IMG/VR virus record: IMGVR_UViG_3300021962_000023
Coordinates: 64,001 to 128,000 of that record
Source: a virus
Strand: one strand, 5' to 3'
Length of the DNA stretch: 64,000 bases
Both the position numbers and the translations under genes were made by a program. This document shows positions 36,172 to 45,779 of the stretch, piece after piece. Position 1 is the first letter of the stretch. Every line of letters begins with the position of its first letter. The notes below the pieces were generated by a model that was not told the DNA's origin, ran no database searches, and was given only the letters and a program-made list of their open reading frames with translations.

Positions 36172-36972
36172 TTAAATATTAAAATCCAAATCTCCTGCTG
36201 TTGATATGTATTTTGCTAAATGCATATAATTTGCTGTTATACTACCTGTGGTTACATTCATAGCTGATGAACTAATTGATAATGGGGTATTATTACCAAT
36301 TAATACATCAAACGAACCCGTTCTAGCAACCGCTTGGGTATTACCAGTACTATCTTCTACAAAGTTTATAGTACCTGCGGCATCCGGGTCTAAATTAAAA
36401 TCAAATGTATTTGGTCCGGCTGCTACACCAACTTCAGTTCCATTTACTAAGAATGAACCTGTTATTGAAACTGAACCAGTAAATGAATGTAAATCATCTA
36501 ATGTATCTCCAAATTTTGTTGAACCACTTTGGAATAATACTGATGATGATATTACCGAAATATTAAATTGTCTGGCATTAACTTCACCTAATACAACTAA
36601 ATTATTCGTAATAGTTTGCGAACCACTTAGGATTAAACTTCCACTCAATAAAGCGGAACTACCTGTGATATCACCACTTATATCTATATCACCTGCACCT
36701 ATAATATGATTTGTTACATATAAATCTCTAGCAACATTGGCATCCTGTGTTATTACTAATTCTCCAAACGAACCTGTCTTTGTTAAAGATATTGAACCGG
36801 TTGTGATTGAATTCGTTGTTACGATTCCTTCTATTGAATCTAAATTTCCCGAACGCTTGATAAACAATTTACCATCATAGGTATTTATTGCAATTTCACC
36901 AACATTCAAAGAATTTGTATCCGGCACTTTGCCAGGAAGCGAGGAACGCTTTAGTATAATACTTTGTGCCAT
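36172..36972 (-). CDS. fibre-associated protein with Mtd_N/hyaluronidase-N-like domain
   Basis: IILKRSSLPGKVP...LNVGEIAINTYDGKLFIK; ends DLDFNI. Confidence 0.75.
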   Translation of the reverse strand: MAQSIILKRSSLPGKVPDTNSLNVGEIAINTYDGKLFIKRSGNLDSIEGIVTTNSITTGSISLTKTGSFGELVITQDANVARDLYVTNHIIGAGDIDISGDITGSSALLSGSLILSGSQTITNNLVVLGEVNARQFNISVISSSVLFQSGSTKFGDTLDDLHSFTGSVSITGSFLVNGTEVGVAAGPNTFDFNLDPDAAGTINFVEDSTGNTQAVARTGSFDVLIGNNTPLSISSSAMNVTTGSITANYMHLAKYISTAGDLDFNI

Positions 36973-37005
36973 ATCTATGGACTAATTGTTTTAGAGTTAT
37001 ATAAC

Positions 37006-37032
37006 AAAAAAAAGGTACTATATAGTACCTTT
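37006..37032 (-). terminator. intrinsic terminator (perfect palindrome)
   Basis: AAAGGTACTA-TA-TAGTACCTTT followed by a U tract on the minus strand; late motif at 37032-37039 abuts it. Confidence 0.7.
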
Positions 37033-37061
37033 ATAAATATAAAATATTTTTATTATAGTAA

Positions 37062-37724
37062 TTAAAATTGTCCAGCATCAATTAAAGATGCGGATATTTC
37101 CAAATTTGCTAATCGGATTGCTACCGAACCACTAAATGATAATACATCACCTATACCATATAAAGAACCACTAAATCCATTTGTAGTTGTAAATGTTCCT
37201 TGTACTTGTTCATTGTATCTAAATTCAACCGCATTGTTTGTAGTTGCTACTTTGTAAAGAGAACCACTACCCTGAATATATCCAATTGTTCCTGCAAATG
37301 GTTCTGAATTGAAATCAAAATCATCAGGTCTCATTGATGCGGTAATTCCTACCAACCCACTACCATTACCAAAGAATGCAGATGCGGATACTATTGATGC
37401 GGATACTGCCCCTGCTATATCAATATCACCATTACCAACGATATCACCCGTTACATATGCTCCACCTGCAATATTTGCATCATTATTTACAACCAATTCA
37501 CCAAATGAACCCGTTTGTAAAATGTTAATCGAACCTATTGTATCAGAACCAGCTACTACAATATCAACTATCGTATCAACGGAGCCTGATTTATGTAAAA
37601 AGGCTTTACCATCATATGAGTTTACTCCAATTTCACCTACAAGTAATGTAGATTCCGTTGGTCTTGAACCAGATGTGGCCGACCTTCTTTGTAATATTAT
37701 GGTTTTGTTGTTATTTGTAGCCAT
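37062..37724 (-). CDS. fibre-associated protein with Mtd_N-like domain (paralog of 36172..36972)
   Basis: IILQRRSATSGSRP...LLVGEIGVNSYDGKAFL; internal DFDFN...AGTI; ends IDAGQF. Confidence 0.75.
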   Translation of the reverse strand: MATNNNKTIILQRRSATSGSRPTESTLLVGEIGVNSYDGKAFLHKSGSVDTIVDIVVAGSDTIGSINILQTGSFGELVVNNDANIAGGAYVTGDIVGNGDIDIAGAVSASIVSASAFFGNGSGLVGITASMRPDDFDFNSEPFAGTIGYIQGSGSLYKVATTNNAVEFRYNEQVQGTFTTTNGFSGSLYGIGDVLSFSGSVAIRLANLEISASLIDAGQF

Positions 37725-37756
37725 TTAAGTTTGGTATTTTAATTCATTTAATAATT

Positions 37757-37788
37757 TAAAAAATCCCCCCATATTTCAGAGGGGATTA
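37757..37788 (-). terminator. intrinsic terminator
   Basis: AATCCCC...GGGGATT stem plus U tract downstream of 37796..39841. Confidence 0.75.
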
Positions 37789-37795
37789 AATATTA

Positions 37796-39841
37796 TTAGA
37801 ATGAACCACCATCAATTACATTACTCATTACAAAATCACTACCATCCCATTGTAGTAAATCTCCAGCAACACTTGCAGTTGGAACTAAATCCAAATTACC
37901 ATTTGTGTTTCTAAATGCTACTCTCTTAGAACTTCCAGCGCCAGAACCTAAATTAATAGATGCAGTTACCGCCGGTGCAGTTATTGCGATTGATGAAGTA
38001 AATGTTGTTGAAGAGTGTTGGTAAACAAAGTTTGCACTTGCACCAGCTACTTCAAATCCTGCACCATCTGCGGTTGCCGATGATGTAGAACCACTTGCTA
38101 ATGTTATTACCTTATCTTCTACTACTAATTGTGCAGTATTTAATGTTACAGTATTACCCTGTACTACCAAATCACCACCAACTACTACATCACCCGTTGT
38201 TGTTACTTTAGCGAAAGTTACATTATTAGAAGTACCTACACCTTGTATTGTACCTGTACCTTCTAATGTATCTAATCTACTATCAGCGGATGCTGTGAAT
38301 GTGTTAATATTTGAAACCGAAGTGTTTAAACTTGCAGTTGTTGAGTTTAAGTTTGAGATACTTACATCTTGTGAATCATTTTTAGTTTTTGCAGCTGATG
38401 CTGATGCTATTAATGAACCACTTACAACACCAACTTCAGTCAATCTCGTTTCTACTGAACCCGTATAAGTTGCTAATGTAGAATCTTTTGTTAATTGAGA
38501 AGAACTAAATGAATTTAATGCTGATATTGAAACATCTTGTGAATCATTTGTAGATTTTGCAGCTGATGCAGATACTATTAATGAACCACTAACAACTCCG
38601 ATTTCGGTAAATCTAGTGTTTGCCGATGCAGTAAATGCGTTTAATGCGGTTGTTGATGTATTTGATGATGTATATGCGTTTAATGCCGCAACTGATACAT
38701 TTACACTTGCAGATGTTGATTCTAAATTATCTAATCTAACGCCTTGCAAATCATTTGTAGATTTTGCAGCTGATGCTGAACTAATTAACGAACCTGTTAT
38801 AGTTGCTAATGCCGAATCAAATGCGGTAAACCCAGTTGTTGATTGTAAAGTAATTTGAGATGAACCACTAACTACCGAATCACCACCTGCTAAAAGAACT
38901 TTAATTTCAGAACCTTTAACACCGGCTTTCCAATAATCATTTGTAGTATCCCAAATAATTGAACCAGTTGCCGTATTAGGTGCGGTTGGGTCTTTAACCC
39001 ATAATCCACCATTTGTAGCACCCGTTCCGTTTAATTCAATTATATTATCACCTAACTGAATTGTTGTAGAATCTACAATAGTTTGTGTACCTTGTACAGT
39101 CAAATTACCGGCAATAGTTACATCAGAACCACTAATATTAAATGCGGTATCAAATGATGAACTAAATCCTTCTATATTCGTTAATCTACTTGCCGCATTT
39201 GATGCTGAGCTTATCAATGAACCAGTTACTACACCAACTTCTGCCAATCTCGTTGATACTGATGCAGTAAATGTGTTTTGATTTGCATTTGTAATTGCTG
39301 CAGCCGATGCTGAAGAAATCAATGAACCACTAACTACTCCAATTTCTGTCAATCTTGTATCAACCGAAGCCGTATAAGTTGCTAATGTACTATTTTGAGT
39401 TAATTGAGAGCCTGTAAAATCATTTAATAATGTTACAGATGTACCAATAGTTCCACTACCAATAGATGCAGATAATGCATTGATTGATGTTGCTACCGAA
39501 GAGCTAAATGGTTGGATGTTACCTACTAAATTAATAGCAGTGTTTCCACCACTACCTAATAAGTATAATGTACCACTTCCACTATCGTAGAAAGGAACAC
39601 CATTAACCATTCCATTGTAAGTGCTAGCCGCAAATGTTGCAGGTGCAGAACTACCAATAAGAAATCTATTTACCGCTTGAACCTGTCCATCGGATGGTAC
39701 TGCGAATACAATAGATGAACCATTGGTTGTGGTTAGGTTTGACGACCCCGATGCTATTACTATTTCACCTTTTTGTAATGAGCCGGTTACAGCTGATAGG
39801 GATTCTAAACTACCACGTCTGTGTTTAATGATTTGTGCCAT
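37796..39841 (-). CDS. fibre protein with coiled-coil repeats
   Basis: MAQIIKHRRGS; repeats shared with 31307..33178 and 33247..36141; ends IDGGSF. Confidence 0.8.
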   Translation of the reverse strand: MAQIIKHRRGSLESLSAVTGSLQKGEIVIASGSSNLTTTNGSSIVFAVPSDGQVQAVNRFLIGSSAPATFAASTYNGMVNGVPFYDSGSGTLYLLGSGGNTAINLVGNIQPFSSSVATSINALSASIGSGTIGTSVTLLNDFTGSQLTQNSTLATYTASVDTRLTEIGVVSGSLISSASAAAITNANQNTFTASVSTRLAEVGVVTGSLISSASNAASRLTNIEGFSSSFDTAFNISGSDVTIAGNLTVQGTQTIVDSTTIQLGDNIIELNGTGATNGGLWVKDPTAPNTATGSIIWDTTNDYWKAGVKGSEIKVLLAGGDSVVSGSSQITLQSTTGFTAFDSALATITGSLISSASAAKSTNDLQGVRLDNLESTSASVNVSVAALNAYTSSNTSTTALNAFTASANTRFTEIGVVSGSLIVSASAAKSTNDSQDVSISALNSFSSSQLTKDSTLATYTGSVETRLTEVGVVSGSLIASASAAKTKNDSQDVSISNLNSTTASLNTSVSNINTFTASADSRLDTLEGTGTIQGVGTSNNVTFAKVTTTGDVVVGGDLVVQGNTVTLNTAQLVVEDKVITLASGSTSSATADGAGFEVAGASANFVYQHSSTTFTSSIAITAPAVTASINLGSGAGSSKRVAFRNTNGNLDLVPTASVAGDLLQWDGSDFVMSNVIDGGSF

Positions 39842-39885
39842 ATTTATGTTATTCTCTTTTTTAAGAAATTTCTCTTTTTACTTCT

Positions 39886-39893
39886 TATAAATA
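39886..39893 (-). promoter_or_regulatory. putative late promoter TATTTATA
   Basis: exact octamer 44 nt upstream of ATG 39841. Confidence 0.6.
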
Positions 39894-39940
39894 TAACTTT
39901 TTTTTCGAATCGTATTAGATTAAATGATATATCTCATTTT

Positions 39941-40387
39941 CTAAAATTCTCCCATATCAACATTTAAATTAGAAGTGGTAACCGCTAACTCAATATCCGT
40001 TGCATATGTATCATTCAACGATGCAGTAAAGGTATTTAACGAATCTAATACTCCTATAATTTGTTGTGAACCGGATACCAATGTTGGTTTGTTAATAATA
40101 TCTGCAAAATCAATTGAATCCGCAAGTATTTCTCCTACAATTTGAGATGCTGATATATTTCCCGTTGCTTGTGAAAGATTTATTTGTGTGGATGATGATA
40201 CTATACCATCCGGCAATGCTGCTTGAACATTATTTACAATTATATTTACTATCGATTGAGATAATGATGTTTCTAATGATTGGCTAACAATTGCATTTAC
40301 AGATGCCGAAAAATCAGTACCTGCTGCCGCAGATTGTTGTAACGCAGAACCACTTTCTATTTGTTTTAATCTTATAAATGTTGCCAT
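39941..40387 (-). CDS. short fibre-associated protein
   Basis: MATFIRLKQI; VSGSQQI motif; ends VDMGEF. Confidence 0.7.
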   Translation of the reverse strand: MATFIRLKQIESGSALQQSAAAGTDFSASVNAIVSQSLETSLSQSIVNIIVNNVQAALPDGIVSSSTQINLSQATGNISASQIVGEILADSIDFADIINKPTLVSGSQQIIGVLDSLNTFTASLNDTYATDIELAVTTSNLNVDMGEF

Positions 40388-40400
40388 ATTGATAAATATC

Positions 40401-41165
40401 TTATTTTATATAAACTGCCAATGTGTTAAAAGTCGATGATAAACCATTTCCAGTAGTTGTTGTATTTGCCAATCCATAAACTTGATTAGTTGTTCTATTA
40501 GTCCAACCACCTGTTCCTAATGCATTTCCACTTCTACCATAAGGTGCATCGGGATAAGCATTTGTTGGTCCGTTTGTAGTCCACCAGTTAGTATCATAGT
40601 TCCAATCACACGGTGCTACTACCGGATAAGAAGATGCTGTCATAAAGGTATATCCTTTTATTGAAGACCAACTACCTGTTAATGCAGGTGAAAGTTTTAG
40701 AGTTACAGGTGTAGTTATACTTATATCCAATGCATTTGGATTTGAATAAACCGTCTGATGTGCAATACTACAATTTGATAAATGTGGTTGAACTGATGCA
40801 GTTGATGCCATTCTCATTACCGAATTACATTGTGCACTTCCACTTACATTAAACCAAAGATTTTCTGCGTTTCTATAATGTTTTATAAATGATGGTGTTT
40901 GCAAACTTCCACTATCTGCATTTGGATATGGGTAACCCAATTGTGTTGAACCAGATGGATTGTATGATACTAACATCCAACCACCACCATTATCAGTTTG
41001 ATTACAATAAACTTGAACCGAACTTGTCATCATACTCGTTTGTATGTAATACCACCCACTTGTTTGAATTCCGGCATTATATAGTTGAGTTGCAGAAAGC
41101 GCAGGATTACCAATAGTACCCAATGTACTACCCATAGTAAATCCATTTTCAAATATTATAGCCAT
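40401..41165 (-). CDS. fibrinogen C-terminal-like domain protein (putative receptor-binding)
   Basis: SGWYYIQT...QVYCNQTDNGGGWMLV. Confidence 0.8.
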   Translation of the reverse strand: MAIIFENGFTMGSTLGTIGNPALSATQLYNAGIQTSGWYYIQTSMMTSSVQVYCNQTDNGGGWMLVSYNPSGSTQLGYPYPNADSGSLQTPSFIKHYRNAENLWFNVSGSAQCNSVMRMASTASVQPHLSNCSIAHQTVYSNPNALDISITTPVTLKLSPALTGSWSSIKGYTFMTASSYPVVAPCDWNYDTNWWTTNGPTNAYPDAPYGRSGNALGTGGWTNRTTNQVYGLANTTTTGNGLSSTFNTLAVYIK

Positions 41166-41890
41166 TATATTCCGTAAGTTGTTTTTATTGCATTATAGTT
41201 TTGTGTTATTTCTGAACCCGATAATGCTTTATTATATAATCTCATTTGATAAAATACAGGATAATTTGCCGAATTTGAGTTATTCAGTTTATCAGTTGCA
41301 CCCGTTCCTGCATTGGTGTGTCTTGAACCAAAGTAAAAATTATTTGTTGCATATCCAGCATTTGAACCCAATTTAGTAGTTCCCAATTGAGTACCATTTA
41401 AGTATAAACTACGACTAGTGCCATTTAATACAAAAATCCAATGTCTTATTGAATTACTAGCCGTTATGGTTTCTTGCACCGTTGCACCAGGTCTACCATA
41501 TGTTATAAATGTTGCACCTGGCATATATGCAAAATATCCACTTCCAGCACTATAACTTTCATTACCCCAAATAGTCGCCCAAAATGAAGTTGGGTTAAAT
41601 GATGCTACAATTTCTACTGTCGTAGTTGTACTAGCTATATTGTAAGGAACGCTAATGAAATCAGTTCCAGTATAGTTCGGATTGTTTAATTTTATTCCAC
41701 CACCATTATTAGATACATAAGTTGCGGAACCTGAAATTGTTGCATTGTATCCATTTCCACTTGCATCTGTCCAAGTTGTTCCGGAGGATGGTGCAGTTTG
41801 TAAATTAAATACCAACCCACTACTTACTATTGGAGAAGTTGGAGGTGTTAGTGGTGTTAAATTTATTCCTTGTGTGAATACTATTGCCAT
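41165..41890 (-). CDS. LamG/concanavalin A-like lectin domain protein
   Basis: GLVFNL...TTWTDASGNG...RSLYLNG...FYFG...MRLYNKALSGSEITQNYNA. Confidence 0.85.
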   Translation of the reverse strand: MAIVFTQGINLTPLTPPTSPIVSSGLVFNLQTAPSSGTTWTDASGNGYNATISGSATYVSNNGGGIKLNNPNYTGTDFISVPYNIASTTTTVEIVASFNPTSFWATIWGNESYSAGSGYFAYMPGATFITYGRPGATVQETITASNSIRHWIFVLNGTSRSLYLNGTQLGTTKLGSNAGYATNNFYFGSRHTNAGTGATDKLNNSNSANYPVFYQMRLYNKALSGSEITQNYNAIKTTYGI

Positions 41891-41896
41891 AATATA

Positions 41897-44800
41897 TTAA
41901 ACTAATCTTTCGATTGAAATCATATTGTTATTGTAACTTGCTCCTATTATCATTGTTATTCTCCAAGCAATTCCAGCCGATGTATCCATAAGAGTCCAAG
42001 TATCAACTGCACCTGCGACTGTAAAGTTATATGATGGTATTATATATGCAGGTGTTGTTGTAATAGATAAAGGTGAACCACTTGCGATAGTTGTACCAGA
42101 AATACCACTAAATGAATATACACCACTACCATAAACTGAATATGTTCCGGAGACAGTTGATAATTGTAAACTTCTATTTCCCGTTGATGGTATTCTTGCT
42201 TTCAAATTTCCCAATGTAACATCAACATCCGCATTTACCAATCCACCGGCTTTCCATAATAATTCACCAGCTACACCATTGGGTGCTTTTGTTAAATCAA
42301 CAAATACACCTCTTGCATTTCCACCTTGTTCAAAAATTCTTAATCTATTTTGATACGAGTCTATCGTTACACCACTACCGGTAAGTGAGTTATTTGTTTG
42401 CGATTTTGCTAATAGAATTTCACCACCTTCATCACCACTACCAGTTCCAACTTGTAATACCGATGTTATTAAACTTATAGTAGAACCACTAACTACTAAT
42501 GAACCAGTAATTTGTGCTATACCATTATTTTGTAAATAAAAATTACTTCCACTATTTAAAGTTAAAGATGAACTATTTGCAATAAATGATGAACTAACTA
42601 CGGCGATGGAACTTACATTCAATGAACCCGTAATAGTTTGATTTCCATTAAATGAGTTTGAACCCGTAGTTGCTATTGAACTTGTCCAAATATTTAATGA
42701 AGATGTATATGTTCCTAATGTAGTAAATCTAGATAATACGGATGAACTAAATGTTTCTAAATTTAAAGTTTCAATTAATAAACTTGCAGTTGTAGAGTTT
42801 AAATTTGTAATTGATGTTTGCAATGAACCAGTCTCTGTTTCTAAAACATATCTACTATCAAATGATGATGTTAATTGTGATGAACCACTAACAATGCTTC
42901 TACCAGTGGTTTCATATGAACCACTTACAAATCCAAATGCAGTTATTTGAGCAGAACCACTAATTGTTCCACCTGGAACCGCACTCACACTACCACTTAA
43001 AGTATATCGAGTATCGTATGATGAAGTCAATTGAGATGAGCCTGATACAATACTTCTACCCGTTGTTTCGTAACTACCACTAACAAATCCAAATGCAGTT
43101 ATTTGTGCAGAACTACTAATAGTTCCTGCTACACCACCTGCGCTATTTAATCTACTATTTACAGATGAGCTAAATGCTACAACATCACCAATTCCAAAAA
43201 TTGAACCCGATAATGAACCTGTGATTGAACCACTTGAATCTACATAAATGTTACTACCACTCAATATCATCAAAGAAGAACCTGATGGTAATGAAAATGA
43301 AGAACTTATAGATGTTATAGATGTTACATATAATGCTCCACTTATAATTTGAGAACCACTAAATGTATTAGAACCCGTTGTTAAAGCAGATGCAGTAAAT
43401 GAATTAAATGATGAGGTTGTTGTATAACTACCACTAACAAATCCAAATGCACTAATTTGTGCAGAACCACTTATAGTTCCTGCTGGCGTTGTTCCACTTA
43501 CTACACTTCCACTCAAAGTATAACGAGTATCGTATGAAGCAGTAAGTTGTGATGAACCACTAATTAATCCGTTTGGTAATTGAGCAGAAGAGCTATAAAT
43601 TCCACTACCTTTTAATTCTACCGAACTTGTCCAATTGTTGATTGAAGATGTATATGCATTAAATGAACCAGTTGTTACCATATTACTACCACCACCAACA
43701 TCTACTCTATGTATTGTTGCAATTACGGATGGTACTGCTGGTCTTGTTGGTGAAGTTGCCGATGGTATTGCTGATATTGTTGAATTACCACTTGTAGAAC
43801 TCCACATAATTTCATACACATCGTTTGCGTTTGCTCTATCTTGCCAATTCCAAGCTGCTACTAATTTATGGTTTGATGGAATGGTTACTTGAGTATTACT
43901 ATCTGTTACATTTGTTCCATTTTTTCGTAACCATATATCAACATCTTCCGAACCTGCACCATTTACCATTTGTGCAGAAAACTCAATATCATATGTTCCT
44001 GCTTGTAATACCTTCATACCACCACTACCGGAAAGTATTATACCATCATTATTATCGGTAGTATTTAATTTCATTACATATGCAGTTGATGCAGACCCCG
44101 ATTGAGTAGTTGTATCGTGAAATGTAGCATATGAACCAGTTACAAATGTTCCACTACCGGTAGCAACTGTGACAGATAATGTACTCCCATCACCTTTGGT
44201 GAATAGTATTACATTTGTTGTTGAACTTGCACTTACAAAAGAAGATGCAGTTATAGATGAACTTACAAATCCTAATAAAGTAATTTGTGAAGAACCTGAT
44301 ATTGTTCCGGATGGTGTTGAACTTATACTACCACTTAATGTGTATCTTGTATCAAATGAAGATGTCAATTGAGAGCTACCACTAATTAACCCATTAAAAG
44401 ATTGTTCGTTAGTTGCTGCAATAATTCTACTATTTAATGAAGAACTAAAAGTAGATAGGGATGTTCCCAATTCAGAATAATAAGTCGAACCAGATAAAGA
44501 CCAACTTCCAGTCAGTATTGTATTACCTACTCTAGTTATAGTTCCAATATGATTAAAACTACCACTTAAATATTGGAATGACCCCGTTGCGGCGTTAAAC
44601 GCACCATCGCCTAATAATTGCATACCGCCCGCAGATAGTAAAATATTTCCACTAACATTTGAAAGAGTTGTATCTGGAACACCTGGTGTATCGGATTGAA
44701 TATGAATAGATGCTGATTGAATGAATATATCTGCAAATGGTTTATCTTGTGTTCCTAATGTTGCACCTCTTGCTTCTTTAGGAACAATATTTCCACCTAA

Positions 44801-45775
44801 TTCGGTTGTTCCACTTATGAATAGAGAACCACTTATGGTTTCGTTTCCGTTGAATGTATTTGAACCAGTTGTTGCTAATGAACCCGTATCTATTGTTTGC
44901 GAAGAACTTATAAATCCTAATGCAGTTATTTGTTCCGAACCACTAATTGTTCCAATAGGTATAGTTGGAATTGAGTTGATTATATTGGTTAGATTATCAG
45001 TTATAGTATGACCGGTTGAGTTATTAACTGTATTCGTATCACCAATAACTCCTGCTAAATATCCATCGGTAACAATTCCATTTCCTGCGTTCGAAGAACC
45101 AATATAAACTGCACCATCTGCATTAAAAACTATATCACTATTGGTTGCATGTAATGTTATTTCTCCATTAGTAATTGTACCATTTGTAAATGTGAAATCT
45201 GCAATATCCGTAGATTGTGAAACTATACCAGATGGTATGTTTGCTATATTATCCCAAGTTGTTTGTGCAATACTCCCACTTAAAACATATCTTTCATCAT
45301 ACGAAGATGTTAATTGAGAACTGCCACTTATTAATCCATTAAAAGATTGCTCATTTGTAGCCGCTACAATTTCGGTATGTATTGATGCTGAAAAATCATT
45401 AAATGAAGATGTTTGTAATCTTGCATTTATTCCATTTGTGAATGCAGAATTTAATGTATTTTGTGAAGATGTAAATGAATTTAAAGAAGTTATATCGGTA
45501 TGCGATGAACTTATAAATCCAAATGCAGATATTTGCGCCGATGAACTTATTGTTCCATTTGGTATGGAGCTTGCACTATACGATGATGTATATAATTCCA
45601 ATGCATCCAATCGTAAATCGGTAGAGCGTGATACCATATTTATAATAGCATCTTCTAACACATCCAATGTTACTTTATAAGTAGTACCATTATCAACGCC
45701 AACTAATGTGGTTTGCAATGATGCACTTTCTAATGCAGTTAATTCTGATATTCTCTTTGATTGTTTTAATGCCAT
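41897..45775 (-). CDS. very long Ser/Gly/Thr-rich fibre protein
   Basis: 1292 aa; N-terminal KRISELT; repeated ISGSxQ(I/L)T and SYDTRYTLSGS units. Confidence 0.8.
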   Translation of the reverse strand: MALKQSKRISELTALESASLQTTLVGVDNGTTYKVTLDVLEDAIINMVSRSTDLRLDALELYTSSYSASSIPNGTISSSAQISAFGFISSSHTDITSLNSFTSSQNTLNSAFTNGINARLQTSSFNDFSASIHTEIVAATNEQSFNGLISGSSQLTSSYDERYVLSGSIAQTTWDNIANIPSGIVSQSTDIADFTFTNGTITNGEITLHATNSDIVFNADGAVYIGSSNAGNGIVTDGYLAGVIGDTNTVNNSTGHTITDNLTNIINSIPTIPIGTISGSEQITALGFISSSQTIDTGSLATTGSNTFNGNETISGSLFISGTTELGGNIVPKEARGATLGTQDKPFADIFIQSASIHIQSDTPGVPDTTLSNVSGNILLSAGGMQLLGDGAFNAATGSFQYLSGSFNHIGTITRVGNTILTGSWSLSGSTYYSELGTSLSTFSSSLNSRIIAATNEQSFNGLISGSSQLTSSFDTRYTLSGSISSTPSGTISGSSQITLLGFVSSSITASSFVSASSTTNVILFTKGDGSTLSVTVATGSGTFVTGSYATFHDTTTQSGSASTAYVMKLNTTDNNDGIILSGSGGMKVLQAGTYDIEFSAQMVNGAGSEDVDIWLRKNGTNVTDSNTQVTIPSNHKLVAAWNWQDRANANDVYEIMWSSTSGNSTISAIPSATSPTRPAVPSVIATIHRVDVGGGSNMVTTGSFNAYTSSINNWTSSVELKGSGIYSSSAQLPNGLISGSSQLTASYDTRYTLSGSVVSGTTPAGTISGSAQISAFGFVSGSYTTTSSFNSFTASALTTGSNTFSGSQIISGALYVTSITSISSSFSLPSGSSLMILSGSNIYVDSSGSITGSLSGSIFGIGDVVAFSSSVNSRLNSAGGVAGTISSSAQITAFGFVSGSYETTGRSIVSGSSQLTSSYDTRYTLSGSVSAVPGGTISGSAQITAFGFVSGSYETTGRSIVSGSSQLTSSFDSRYVLETETGSLQTSITNLNSTTASLLIETLNLETFSSSVLSRFTTLGTYTSSLNIWTSSIATTGSNSFNGNQTITGSLNVSSIAVVSSSFIANSSSLTLNSGSNFYLQNNGIAQITGSLVVSGSTISLITSVLQVGTGSGDEGGEILLAKSQTNNSLTGSGVTIDSYQNRLRIFEQGGNARGVFVDLTKAPNGVAGELLWKAGGLVNADVDVTLGNLKARIPSTGNRSLQLSTVSGTYSVYGSGVYSFSGISGTTIASGSPLSITTTPAYIIPSYNFTVAGAVDTWTLMDTSAGIAWRITMIIGASYNNNMISIERLV
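42860..43130 (-). repeat. 156-nt (52 aa) tandem duplication
   Basis: ACAAATCCAAATGCAGTTATTTG at 42927 and 43083; encodes SAQITAFGFVSGSYETTGRSIVSGSSQLTSS twice. Confidence 0.85.
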
Positions 45776-45779
45776 TCTA

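Noticed and set aside
31307-45775. Diversity-generating retroelement (suggested by Mtd_N-like domains and repeats)
   Set aside because: No reverse transcriptase in the window, and the repeats differ at all base types within coding modules rather than only at adenines in a TR/VR pair.
41897-45775. Ice-nucleation or antifreeze protein (GS/T-rich repeats)
   Set aside because: Lacks the regular 8/16-residue AGYGSTxT or TxT periodicity; context and paralogy fit phage fibres.
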